DNA of 64,000 nt from Promethearchaeota archaeon (lineage in GTDB: Archaea > Asgardarchaeota > Lokiarchaeia > Sigyniarchaeales > SOKP01), in NCBI GenBank assembly GCA_019058445.1, contig JAHPZA010000009.1, forward strand, positions 480,001 to 544,000, given 5' to 3'. This document shows, one piece after another, positions 20,767 through 30,621 of the stretch. The notes below the pieces were generated by a model. That model made no database searches. It worked only from the letters and a program-made list of their open reading frames with translations, and was not told the origin of the DNA. Both the position numbers and the translations under genes were made by a program. Every line of letters begins with the position of its first letter. Position 1 is the first letter of the stretch.

Positions 20767-21507
20767 TCATATAAAATAAGGAATTGCCATCCGCATTGGT
20801 AAGTCTTCAGAATCATATTCAAAAATTTCGGGAAGAAATCGCAGATTTGCCCTTCCTTTAGAACCAGATATTGCTAAAATCCAAGCGTCTAATATATCAT
20901 CAAGAGAAACATTCTCATTTGAAAGTTGATGGGAAACATTATTTAGAATCTCTTTAGAATTTGTAGAATAAGATTCAATGATTGATAATCTTTCATTGAC
21001 TCCTTCTTTAGTTTTCTTATAATGTTTCATTGGAACTCTATTCGACAGAGCAGCGAAACATAGCTCCGGATGAGATTCTATGAAAACTTTAGAGGCTTTA
21101 GGATCCCTTCGCAATAAGCTATCAACTTCTTTAATCTTTGCTGTAATATTCCAGGTTTGTTTAGATAATCCCTTTCCTGTCATGTTTCTGTGAATTTGGT
21201 TTGCATCAACATAAGATTTTGCAGATAGAGAAGCGCGACATGGTGTTGGAAATATACTAGATGATCGAGATCTTGTGAGATATCTACGAGCAGCTTTGTC
21301 ACATAATCGGGGTTCGCTTCCATTATCCCTTAATCCAATTGGTATATCAATTAAAATCAAATTAATTGATTTCAATGCATTAGATAATATATCCCATAAA
21401 TCTTGAATTGTTGGAAATATTTCAAATCTGTATTCTATTTGATCTTTTGTGTAAGAACAAATCCATCCTGATCGGCACCCATCAATACCTATCGATAAAA
21501 TTGGCAT
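20767..21507 (-). CDS. DUF429 family protein (RNase H-like fold)
   Basis: 'GIDGCRSGW', 'IDIPIGL', 'ESHPEL', 'DDILDA'. Confidence 0.85.
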   Translation of the reverse strand: MPILSIGIDGCRSGWICSYTKDQIEYRFEIFPTIQDLWDILSNALKSINLILIDIPIGLRDNGSEPRLCDKAARRYLTRSRSSSIFPTPCRASLSAKSYVDANQIHRNMTGKGLSKQTWNITAKIKEVDSLLRRDPKASKVFIESHPELCFAALSNRVPMKHYKKTKEGVNERLSIIESYSTNSKEILNNVSHQLSNENVSLDDILDAWILAISGSKGRANLRFLPEIFEYDSEDLPMRMAIPYFI

Positions 21508-21527
21508 TTTATACTAGTTCAAGAATT

Positions 21528-22475
21528 TTAGAGTCCATTCCAGTATGCACGGAGTTCAACAACATTACTAAATAGATCCAATGGGTTAATGGGAGCATTC
21601 CAAGGTTCCTTACGGAATTCTCTGTATGCTCTGTAAACATTAAAATATAAACGCTCGGGCTCTGTCCATTCTGCAAAAGTTCCAAGATTTATTTTCTTCG
21701 ATGCCTCAAGAGGGTCAAGTCCTTCATCAAAAAAAAGTTTGGCCTCAGAATATACAAATTCGAAGTATGTTCGTAGTTCTTTAGCCCCATCGACTCCACA
21801 GAGGGGTCCATGCCCTGGTACAATAATCTCGGGTTTATAAGAAATTATGAGATCTAACGCTTCAATCCATTTAGCATGCGTACCTTCCCATCCTACAGGC
21901 GTACAATGCCTGAAGACTATATCACCGGCAAATATTACACTATGTTGAGGGAGATACACAATTATATCTCCTGAGGTGTGTGCCGGTCCAACATAAATAA
22001 GCTGGCAAGGATATCCATCTAGATCAAGATCAAGTTTATCTTCGAATAGGCGATTTGGAAGTGTAAGTTCAATCCCAGAATAATCAAAATTATTTAAAGC
22101 ATCTAACAATGGTTTCATCTCTGCTGGAAAAGCTTTTGGTCTTTTTTGACCTGCTTGGAATAATGCTGGTAGATTGCGTTTCTTTTCTTTTTCCATTTCT
22201 TCAGCGCAGTGACGATGTGCGATAATCTCAGCGTCTTTAAAAAGCTGATTGCCCCAGGTATGATCTCCATTGTGATGAGTGTTAACGAGTCGCTTTATTG
22301 GTTCAGGTGATATCGTTTTATATAGCTCTCTCATCTGCTTAGTAAGATTCAAGTCGTAGAATGTATCAATAGCGAGCCCTCCGCCCAAATTCACAAAACC
22401 TGCATTGCTCCATCCAAGTCCTCTGTCTTCCTGCAAGCAAGCATAAATATTCTTGGCAATTTCTTTAAGTTCCAT
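21528..22475 (-). CDS. MBL-fold metallo-hydrolase (cyclase-like)
   Basis: 'THHNGDH', 'AHT.GD', 'FAGD', 'PGHG'. Confidence 0.9.
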   Translation of the reverse strand: MELKEIAKNIYACLQEDRGLGWSNAGFVNLGGGLAIDTFYDLNLTKQMRELYKTISPEPIKRLVNTHHNGDHTWGNQLFKDAEIIAHRHCAEEMEKEKKRNLPALFQAGQKRPKAFPAEMKPLLDALNNFDYSGIELTLPNRLFEDKLDLDLDGYPCQLIYVGPAHTSGDIIVYLPQHSVIFAGDIVFRHCTPVGWEGTHAKWIEALDLIISYKPEIIVPGHGPLCGVDGAKELRTYFEFVYSEAKLFFDEGLDPLEASKKINLGTFAEWTEPERLYFNVYRAYREFRKEPWNAPINPLDLFSNVVELRAYWNGL

Positions 22476-22782
22476 ACTTACTCTCTCACTCTTTATCTAT
22501 TTCTCAGTTAATGACTTTAATTATGTTTATAATTTTATAAAGAAATTTCGTTAAGAAAAGTATACTTCTTCTATTTATAAATCTTACTTAGTCGTTAAAT
22601 TGTAGGAAATAAATGCATTCCCACTTAGGGAAAAATTCGTTGAACAAAATGTGATGAAATCTTTTAAATTGTTCCACAACAATAAAGAAAGCATAGAAGT
22701 TCATTATTTAAAATTTAATATCGGAAAAAATAAAAATAATGATATAAATACCAAATTATTGAAAATATGGCAGAAAAAAAAA

Positions 22783-23505
22783 ATGTCAGATAAGGAAGAA
22801 CGTGAGATTGGCAGGATTCAAGAACTTGAAAGCACTAATTTAGCAAGAGAGGAGATTAGAGACTTAGTTATTGAAACTAAAAAGAAAGTAGAAAGAGATA
22901 ATGATTTATTAGCTGAACGGATAAATAAAAATTTTCAAAAACATAACATTAAATCCTTCGATATAGTAGGAGCAATTGGAGCTGGTAAGACAGCCATATT
23001 AGAAAAAATTAGTGAAAAAATTTCGTCTAAATATAAAACCTTAGTGATATGTGGGGATATTACAACGAGAGTTGATGCTGATAGAATTGAAGAACATAAT
23101 GTTGAAACCGTACAGATTAATACTGGCCGTGAATGTGCTTTAAATGCATATCATATCAATCAAATCATAAAAAATAAAGAATTATCTGAGTATGATGTTA
23201 TTTTTGTTGAAAATGTCGGAAATTTAATATGTCCATCTGAATTTATTCTCGGTACAGACAAAAGAATCACAGTTGTATCAATTACTGAAGGGGAGTGGGT
23301 TATAGAAAAACATCCAATGCTCTTTAAAATGTCAGATATCGCAATCATTAATAAAATTGATCTTTTAGAAAGATTAGGAACCAATATTGATAAGATGATA
23401 AGCGATGCTAAAAAATTCAATCCAGATATAGAAGTCATAACCACCAGTGCCAAAACTGGGGAAAATATCAATAAATTATTAGAAATCATGGGGTTAGCAG
23501 AATGA
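22783..23505 (+). CDS. hypB: HypB/UreG-family nickel-insertion GTPase
   Basis: 'GAIGAGKT', 'ENVGNLICP', 'KHP.LF', 'NKIDL', 'SAKTG'. Start placed at MSDKEE. Confidence 0.88.
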   Translation: MSDKEEREIGRIQELESTNLAREEIRDLVIETKKKVERDNDLLAERINKNFQKHNIKSFDIVGAIGAGKTAILEKISEKISSKYKTLVICGDITTRVDADRIEEHNVETVQINTGRECALNAYHINQIIKNKELSEYDVIFVENVGNLICPSEFILGTDKRITVVSITEGEWVIEKHPMLFKMSDIAIINKIDLLERLGTNIDKMISDAKKFNPDIEVITTSAKTGENINKLLEIMGLAE

Positions 23506-23927
23506 AAGAATTAATAGAAAAAGTTAAAAGTTCAATAAAAGATATTGAGAGTGTTGATAAGTCTACTCTACGAGTCTTATTTCATGATACTCTAAAAGAG
23601 TTAAAAAACCATCATAAAATCGATGCATATATAGGGGATTTTCCAACTTTCATAGAACCTGTGCATCTTGGAAATAATGTTCGAATAGGTGATGATGTTC
23701 TTTTAGGACCTAATGTCTATATCGGAAATAATTGCGAACTCGGAGATTATGTAGAACTCTCAAATACGATTGTATTAGATAATGTTAAACTTGGCAATAA
23801 TTTTACCTTAGAAAATTGCATTATCGCAAATGATAGTAAATTAAATTTTGATATTCTAAAAGAAAAAAATTGTATCTTGAAGGGTATTACAGATATAAAA
23901 GAAAATATTGAAAAATTAGATTTTTAA
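23502..23927 (+). CDS. Left-handed beta-helix (hexapeptide repeat) protein
   Basis: 'PVHLGNNVRIGDDVLLGPNVYIGNNCELG'; overlaps the hypB stop. Confidence 0.8.
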   Translation: MKELIEKVKSSIKDIESVDKSTLRVLFHDTLKELKNHHKIDAYIGDFPTFIEPVHLGNNVRIGDDVLLGPNVYIGNNCELGDYVELSNTIVLDNVKLGNNFTLENCIIANDSKLNFDILKEKNCILKGITDIKENIEKLDF

Positions 23928-23964
23928 TTCAGATTAATTTAACAAATCTCTGTTAATAATCAAT

Positions 23965-24654
23965 ATGTTTGAAGTAAACAACTCAAAACAAGTGTATCTT
24001 ATTTTAGGAATAATTGTTGTTATATGTCAAATAATTATATCATATTTTTTTCTAGATCCTGTACAAATAATTAGTAATTGGTTATTAACAATTATTTATT
24101 TAGCCTTAGGGTTTATAGCTCTCAAATATTTCGAAAAGGATGCAGGGTTTCCTGATATGCTTGATAACGAGATTAAAGTTAATCATTTATTATTAATTCC
24201 ATTCATTTTTGGATTGATTTTTGGAATAGGAGCAATTTTATTTGATTTGATTAATCCTATTAAAGTCCCCCAACTTCCTTTTCCTATATCGATTCCATAT
24301 TGGATTTTTGTTGGTATAACTGATGAGATTTTTTGGCGTTTATTCTTATTGACATTTCTAATCTGGCTGATTTCCTATAAAATATTAAAAAATGAAAGGC
24401 AGGAACAGGTATTCTGGGGAGTAGCTATACTTGAAAGTGTAATTTACATTATAATTCAACTAATCCTATTCGAATCCTTTGTGGGTCCAATTACTTCTTT
24501 GGTTTTAATTCAAATATTGATTATTTCTGGAGGATATATCATAGTAGCATGTTATTGTTATAGAAAAGGAGGATTTCTCGCTGTAATTGTTGTTCGTTTG
24601 ACCCAATACACTGTCTACCATATAATCTATGGCGGACTGACCCTTGTAATATAG
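23965..24654 (+). CDS. CPBP/CAAX-protease-like membrane protein
   Basis: Multi-TM; 'DEIFWR' variant of the EExxxR motif. Confidence 0.6.
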   Translation: MFEVNNSKQVYLILGIIVVICQIIISYFFLDPVQIISNWLLTIIYLALGFIALKYFEKDAGFPDMLDNEIKVNHLLLIPFIFGLIFGIGAILFDLINPIKVPQLPFPISIPYWIFVGITDEIFWRLFLLTFLIWLISYKILKNERQEQVFWGVAILESVIYIIIQLILFESFVGPITSLVLIQILIISGGYIIVACYCYRKGGFLAVIVVRLTQYTVYHIIYGGLTLVI

Positions 24655-24683
24655 GTTAAGAGTAATACTTTTGGTAATAGTCG

Positions 24684-25790
24684 TTAAATACAACTATTTT
24701 TAAGCTTAGAAAGGGAGTGTTCAAAAACCCAATGTAGTTTTTTTGGTAATCTCTGATAATCCATTTTCGAAATTATCTCAGAATAATCAACACTATTGAA
24801 AGTGTTCCAGAATAAAACCGTTTTGTCTTTAATTTTAATTTTTTTGGTTCTTACATAATCAATAAGACCCGCAAAAGTCTTTCCTGTATAAGTTGGATCA
24901 AGTGTAATATCTTCGTATTCTTTTATTAAATTAATAGCCTTAAGACCTTCTGGGGTTGGTTTTCCATATGCTTCTCCAAAATAGGCGTCATCTAGTATTA
25001 AATGCTCAAAAGAAAGTTTTGGTATTGATTTGTCATACTTAGCTAGAAGCGCCCTTGATTTAATAGCTAGCTTCTGAGTATTTTTAACACTGGAAAATGT
25101 CGGTGGTGTAACCTGAATACCATAGATGATTGTTTTTAATCTAGCAAGTTCAATACCTATTATTAAACCCGCCGTCGTTCCCATTGATCCATTAGCTACA
25201 AAAATATAATCCGGTTCCGGTAATTCTCCATTGTTTATTTGATTTTTCAATTCAAGAGCAGCATCTATAAATCCTAAAGTACCAAGAGGAGAGCTCCCTC
25301 CTTGTCCTATATAATATATTCTATCATCTTCATTCAGCTTCCAGCGTATTCTTAATCTCCACCCTCTCGCTGTGTGAGAATATATTAAGTTATTTTTAAA
25401 ATATAATTCAAGTAAAAGATTATTTCTCACATGAGTAGTTATGGGTTGATAAAGCAATGCAGCATATGGGGTCAGATTAAGTTCATTGCAAAATGCAGCA
25501 GTCGCTATACAATGATTGGATCCAATCCCTCCAACTGTTAATACTTTATTGCAATCTTTATATTTCGCATCAGCCAGCAGATACTCTAGTTTTCGAGGTT
25601 TATTACCACCATATATCGGTGACGTAAGATTATCTTGCTTAATCCAGAGGGAGCTTATTCCTAACTTATCTTGAAGGTTAAATAATTGCTTTACAGGAGT
25701 CCTCATAGGAGCCAGTTTAATCCAAGGAATACCAGATTCTAAATCTGGATAATATTCAAATAGAAATGGTTTTTTTCTGGACTCAGACAT
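24684..25790 (-). CDS. PLP-dependent D-cysteine desulfhydrase / ACC deaminase family
   Basis: 'GGNKPRKLEY', 'SNHC', 'GSMGT', 'LDPTYTGK'. Confidence 0.92.
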   Translation of the reverse strand: MSESRKKPFLFEYYPDLESGIPWIKLAPMRTPVKQLFNLQDKLGISSLWIKQDNLTSPIYGGNKPRKLEYLLADAKYKDCNKVLTVGGIGSNHCIATAAFCNELNLTPYAALLYQPITTHVRNNLLLELYFKNNLIYSHTARGWRLRIRWKLNEDDRIYYIGQGGSSPLGTLGFIDAALELKNQINNGELPEPDYIFVANGSMGTTAGLIIGIELARLKTIIYGIQVTPPTFSSVKNTQKLAIKSRALLAKYDKSIPKLSFEHLILDDAYFGEAYGKPTPEGLKAINLIKEYEDITLDPTYTGKTFAGLIDYVRTKKIKIKDKTVLFWNTFNSVDYSEIISKMDYQRLPKKLHWVFEHSLSKLKNSCI

Positions 25791-25901
25791 AGTAGATTCT
25801 AGGATATTATTGTGAATAGTAATCTAAATTTACTTATAATCCTTATTTAAATAGTTTTCTAAAAGAAAACTCTTTTAAAAACACCCACTATATTAAAATC
25901 T

Positions 25902-26822
25902 ATGGAAAGAATACCACAAATTAAACTGGAAATAACTGAGAAAAAAGGAAAAGAATGGCTAGGTCTTCAGATGACTACAGAAAAACAACTTGAGTCCCTT
26001 CTATGGTACTTAGAACATCCAAAATTGCAAGAAAATCCAAAACTGCTCGAAGAAATAACTGAACTTTATTTTATTGCAAAAGCAAGCGGATTTATGAAAA
26101 TGGAAAGTATTATTCGTAAATTAGATCAACTAAGTATTACATTAGGAAAATTTGATTATACTGAAAAAGAAGAAGAATTAGATAAAAAGCCAAAGTTTCT
26201 AAATTATCCTCAAGAAATTAAAGAATTAAGAAAAAAAATTGAGGTTTTAATACAATCACCATATGGTACAAGCCTCCCTGAAACTACTCAACAATTAATT
26301 ATTAATTTTATTAATTACTTGAATCATCCGGATTTACATAAAAGACCTAAATTATTCGATGATATATTTGAAAAATACGAGGAAGCTAAAGCCACGGATT
26401 TTATGAAGATGCAATCTTTCAATGATATGTTGAACATGCTTGAAATCAAACTTGGAGCAATTAACGAAGATATGAAACAGTATAAAACACTCGAGGAAAA
26501 AATAGAAGACTTAGAAGATGAAAAGAAAAGAATATCCGAAGAATGGAATAAATTAGATTTGGAACGAGAAGCTTTAATTACTGAAAAAGAAAAAATAGCT
26601 AAAGAACGGGATGTACTGAAAGATGAAAATAAAAAATTAAAGGATGATTTAGAAGCTATAAAAAAAGAATGGGTCAAAATTGAAAACGAAAACAAAAAGT
26701 TAGAAGAGGAAACAAATAGTTTAATCAAAGAACGGCAAACATTAAATGAAGAGCAAAAAAGACTTGAATATGAAAGACAGAGATTAGAAAATTCCCATAA
26801 TACTGATATTAATCTGATCTAA
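25902..26822 (+). CDS. Hypothetical protein: two internal ~55-aa repeats plus a C-terminal coiled coil
   Basis: 'YL.HP.L...PKL...I...Y..AKA..FMKM.S....L..L.I.LG' occurs twice; heptad-rich tail. Confidence 0.75.
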   Translation: MERIPQIKLEITEKKGKEWLGLQMTTEKQLESLLWYLEHPKLQENPKLLEEITELYFIAKASGFMKMESIIRKLDQLSITLGKFDYTEKEEELDKKPKFLNYPQEIKELRKKIEVLIQSPYGTSLPETTQQLIINFINYLNHPDLHKRPKLFDDIFEKYEEAKATDFMKMQSFNDMLNMLEIKLGAINEDMKQYKTLEEKIEDLEDEKKRISEEWNKLDLEREALITEKEKIAKERDVLKDENKKLKDDLEAIKKEWVKIENENKKLEEETNSLIKERQTLNEEQKRLEYERQRLENSHNTDINLI

Positions 26823-26934
26823 ACACTTTACTAAAATTATTGTTTTCTTAATCTATCTTAAAAAAAATTCTTTTTAGAATTTTCAATATTAAAAATTTGA
26901 AATAGCTTAAATTCTATAATTATTTTTAAAGTAT

Positions 26935-28053
26935 ATGGCTAATTCGACTAATAATTTTGATATTGCTGTTATTGGTGCTGGCCCAGGTGGTTCTTTTGCA
27001 GCAAAAGCCAGTGCTGAAATGGGATACAAAACTTTATTAATTGATAAGGAACAAATCAGAGAAAGTGGTCGGTATAAAGCATGTGGCGGAGCTATTGCTT
27101 GGGAACTAGTTGAAGAAATTAATTATCCTGAAGATAAAATAGCAAGAGTAATAGAATCATTAGAATTACATCATGTTGATGGAGAGGATTTTTCCAAAAA
27201 GGGAAAGGGGGCTGTTATTTGGCGTAGTACGTTCGATAAGTTTTTAACAGATATAGCAATTGAAAGTGGAGCAATCTTAAAAGAGAAAGAAATGCTTATT
27301 TATATAGAAAAAAATAATGATATTTATCGTATTAGAACAAAAAACGAAAATTATAATGCAAAGTATGTCATTGCTGCTGATGGGGTTACTTCTCCCACAT
27401 TAAAATTATTGAAGTGGCCTTATTTTGAAAAGGAAAACCTAATTCTAACAATTACAAAAGAAATGAAAACTACGAATTCTTATATTAATAAAATCTTAGG
27501 CTCTGATACAGTTCATTTATTTTTTGGGATTAAAAACCTTATTCAAATTGGGTATGCCTGGTTGTTTCCAAAAGCTGAAACTATCACTGTTGGATGGGGC
27601 AACCAAATAAACCTAGTTAAGAATTCTCGAATAGAGTTTGATAAATTTGTATCATTACCATTTGTTAAAACTGCCTTAAAAGACTCAAATTTAGAAATAT
27701 TTAAGCCCCATCTAATTCCTGTCGGTTTAAGACCAAAACTTTATGAAGATAACGTGTTTGCAGTTGGTGATGCAGGAGGAATAGTTGATCCTATAAGTGG
27801 GAAAGGCATTCCGTATGCGATGATGTCTGGACAATTTGCGATTGAAGCAATCAATACTGGGGAAAAGAGAGATAAACCAGATAAATTAGGTACATTTTAC
27901 GAAAAAAGTTTAGATAGAAAGTTTCTTAAAATCTTAAAAGCGAAACGAGTAGCACGTGATAGAATCTTTCAGAATGATGAAAGTTTGAAGAAATTTTTAT
28001 CTTTATGGGAGAAATATAGATCCTCTCAGATTGTAATGGGAAAAATGATCTAA
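26935..28053 (+). CDS. Geranylgeranyl reductase family flavoprotein
   Basis: 'GAGPGG', 'KACGG', 'ADG', 'GYAWLFPK', 'GDAGG..DP..G.GI'. Confidence 0.88.
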   Translation: MANSTNNFDIAVIGAGPGGSFAAKASAEMGYKTLLIDKEQIRESGRYKACGGAIAWELVEEINYPEDKIARVIESLELHHVDGEDFSKKGKGAVIWRSTFDKFLTDIAIESGAILKEKEMLIYIEKNNDIYRIRTKNENYNAKYVIAADGVTSPTLKLLKWPYFEKENLILTITKEMKTTNSYINKILGSDTVHLFFGIKNLIQIGYAWLFPKAETITVGWGNQINLVKNSRIEFDKFVSLPFVKTALKDSNLEIFKPHLIPVGLRPKLYEDNVFAVGDAGGIVDPISGKGIPYAMMSGQFAIEAINTGEKRDKPDKLGTFYEKSLDRKFLKILKAKRVARDRIFQNDESLKKFLSLWEKYRSSQIVMGKMI

Positions 28054-28092
28054 TTCAATTTTAAAATAAAATATAAATGGTGATTATTTTAT

Positions 28093-28641
28093 ATGCTAGT
28101 AGCAATTACAGGCGCTTCTGGAGCTCAAATAGCGATTAAATTATTAGAGATTTTAAAAGAAAAGGGAATTAAAGTTGAGTTAATAATATCAAAAATAGCA
28201 GAAGTAATTATAAATACTGAAACTGAATATAAAGTTTCGGATATTCGAAAAATAGCTACGAAAAATTATGATTTTGATGATTTAGCAGCAGCCCCTGCTA
28301 GTGGATCTTACAAATTTGATGCGATGGTTATAGTTCCATGTACTATGAAAACGTTAGCTGCAATAGCAAATGGGATCGCAGATAATTTGATTACTAGAGC
28401 GGCTGACGTAGCAATAAAAGAAAAAAGGAAACTTATACTTGTGGTCAGAGAAAGCCCATTTAGCGCTATCCATCTAGAAAATATGCTGAAATTGGCAAGA
28501 TTAGGAGTTGTGATTGCTCCTCCAATACCTTCTTATTATATAAAGCCTGAGTCTGTTGAGGAGTTGATTGAACATTCGGTAGGGAGAATTCTTGACCAAT
28601 TAGGTATTGAAAGCAATATAAAAAGATGGGGAGATAATTAA
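28093..28641 (+). CDS. ubiX: Flavin prenyltransferase UbiX (prFMN supply for AMPD)
   Basis: 'ITGASG', 'ASGS', 'PCTMKTLA', 'RAADV..KE.R', 'RESP'. Confidence 0.95.
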   Translation: MLVAITGASGAQIAIKLLEILKEKGIKVELIISKIAEVIINTETEYKVSDIRKIATKNYDFDDLAAAPASGSYKFDAMVIVPCTMKTLAAIANGIADNLITRAADVAIKEKRKLILVVRESPFSAIHLENMLKLARLGVVIAPPIPSYYIKPESVEELIEHSVGRILDQLGIESNIKRWGDN

Positions 28642-28658
28642 TTATTTTATAAAATATA

Positions 28659-29783
28659 TTATTGGTTTAACCATTTATATAACTCACCAAGAATAATACA
28701 TTTATTTCTTTGACCTTTTAGTTTTTCTATATTTTCCACATTCATCAACCATAAGCAGGAACGTAATTCATTTTTAAGTGTTCTTATCTCTTTAAGGGTA
28801 TTTGAAATAGAATTACTTTTTCTATCTTTCCAGGCGGATTTTAAAAATTTATAGGCAAATCCCCCGATATCAGCACCTAAGGCGATGGACTTTGCTATAT
28901 CAATCCCTGTTTTTAAACCTCCAGTGCCAATTAGTAATTTTTGAGTCGCACTTCTAACATAAATGATGCTAACTGGTGTAGGTATACCCCATTCTCTAAA
29001 TATTTCGGCAGGATCTCGAGTGTATTTTTGATTGTCAAAATTGTTGCGCTTGGATTCAATTGCTGCAAAACTTGTACCTCCTGTTCCTCCAACATCAAAA
29101 CCATCAAAACCAAGCTTATCAAGTTCCATCGCCAAATCTCGGTTGAAACCCGTTCCAACTTCTTTTGCAATTATTGGTATCTTATGCTTTTTTCGTATTT
29201 TTTGAAAATTTTCGCGAAAAAGTTTATAGGAAATATCTCCTTTATCCTGAACTAATTCATGTAAGGCATTCAAATGAATTGCCATCACATCAGCATGTAT
29301 CATCTCGATACATTTACTAAAACTTTCCACATTAAATTTTTCTTCACTTACTTGACCAATACCAATATTACCAATTATTGGGATATTTGGAGCAACTTCG
29401 CGTGTAACTTCAAATGAACTTAATAGAGCAGGGTCTTCAATTCCAGCACGTTGACTTCCTACGCTCATTATAATATTTTCTTCTTCTGCAGACCTTGCCA
29501 AAATTTCATTAATTTCTTTTGAAACCGGGTGACCCCCTGTAATTGCAGAAATACAAATTGGAGCTGAAATCTTTTTATTAAAAAATTTGATCGAAAGATC
29601 AATATCTTCAAAATCCACTTCTGGGAGAGGATGGTGAATCAATTTAATATCATCAAAATAATTTTCTAAATGTTGTACATTGTATTCTAAGGGAATTTTA
29701 AGATGTTCTATTTTTCGATCCATTATTTCCTTAGATTGATTTGGTTCAGGCATATCTTCTTTTCTAAATCTACTACTTGTCAT
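28659..29783 (-). CDS. fni: Type 2 isopentenyl-diphosphate delta-isomerase
   Basis: 'RKIEH', 'ITGG', 'GSQR', 'HLN', 'KEVG.G', 'GGTSF', 'WGIPT'. Confidence 0.95.
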   Translation of the reverse strand: MTSSRFRKEDMPEPNQSKEIMDRKIEHLKIPLEYNVQHLENYFDDIKLIHHPLPEVDFEDIDLSIKFFNKKISAPICISAITGGHPVSKEINEILARSAEEENIIMSVGSQRAGIEDPALLSSFEVTREVAPNIPIIGNIGIGQVSEEKFNVESFSKCIEMIHADVMAIHLNALHELVQDKGDISYKLFRENFQKIRKKHKIPIIAKEVGTGFNRDLAMELDKLGFDGFDVGGTGGTSFAAIESKRNNFDNQKYTRDPAEIFREWGIPTPVSIIYVRSATQKLLIGTGGLKTGIDIAKSIALGADIGGFAYKFLKSAWKDRKSNSISNTLKEIRTLKNELRSCLWLMNVENIEKLKGQRNKCIILGELYKWLNQ

Positions 29784-29792
29784 AATTTAAAC

Positions 29793-30608
29793 TTATTTAT
29801 TAATTAATATGTTTGTACAATTAATATTTTGATTTTTCAATGACTTGTATATATATCCTTCCTTAAGTCCATTTATTAATTGCACTGGAATATTATAAGT
29901 ACAAATTTGCTTAATAAAGTTAAGTTTGCCTTTAATTCCACCAGTAACATCTATTTTTTGACCTAGATTTGCTAAATTAAGACTATCTAATTCGTCAGAA
30001 TTACATTCTGTAGCCAGTGTGCATTCCCCATTAGTATCTTTGTCATTGATATATATACCATCCGTTTCCATTGTGAAAATTACTTTTGATACCGAATATT
30101 TTTTCAAATTTTCACATAATTCAAGAATAATCTGATCTCCTGAGATAATTGAAAACGAGCCTTGTTTATCAAGAATAATATCACCATATAAAATAGGCAA
30201 GATATTGAGGTCTAAGGCCGCCTTGATAATTTCGATAGAGTAAGTTGAAATTTTATGAGAATCTTTAATAAAAATGCTGGAAGCTTGAATTGATAAGGCC
30301 GGATATTTTTTTTCTAAAAATAAATTAATTAAATAGGAATTGAACTTATTCATTGATTGGTGAGTTTGAGTAAGTCCAAATATTTGATTTTCAATAGATG
30401 GATTAAGACCTTTCGAAATACTGTACTGCTTTGCAAGAGGATGACCAAATGAACCCCCACCATGAATTAAAATTACTTTTTCATCAGCATCGATTATCTG
30501 CTGTACTGCGCTTTTTGCAACTTCTTCTCGTATAGAAAATGGTTTATTTTTATCAGTTAATAAACCTCCACCTAACTTTAACAGTATAATTTTATTTTTG
30601 TCCTTCAA
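29793..30608 (-). CDS. ipk: Isopentenyl phosphate kinase
   Basis: 'LKLGG..LTDK', 'HGGGSFGH', 'SGDQ', 'DVTGG..GK'. Confidence 0.93.
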   Translation of the reverse strand: MKDKNKIILLKLGGGLLTDKNKPFSIREEVAKSAVQQIIDADEKVILIHGGGSFGHPLAKQYSISKGLNPSIENQIFGLTQTHQSMNKFNSYLINLFLEKKYPALSIQASSIFIKDSHKISTYSIEIIKAALDLNILPILYGDIILDKQGSFSIISGDQIILELCENLKKYSVSKVIFTMETDGIYINDKDTNGECTLATECNSDELDSLNLANLGQKIDVTGGIKGKLNFIKQICTYNIPVQLINGLKEGYIYKSLKNQNINCTNILINK

Positions 30609-30621
30609 TTTAAATTAACAC

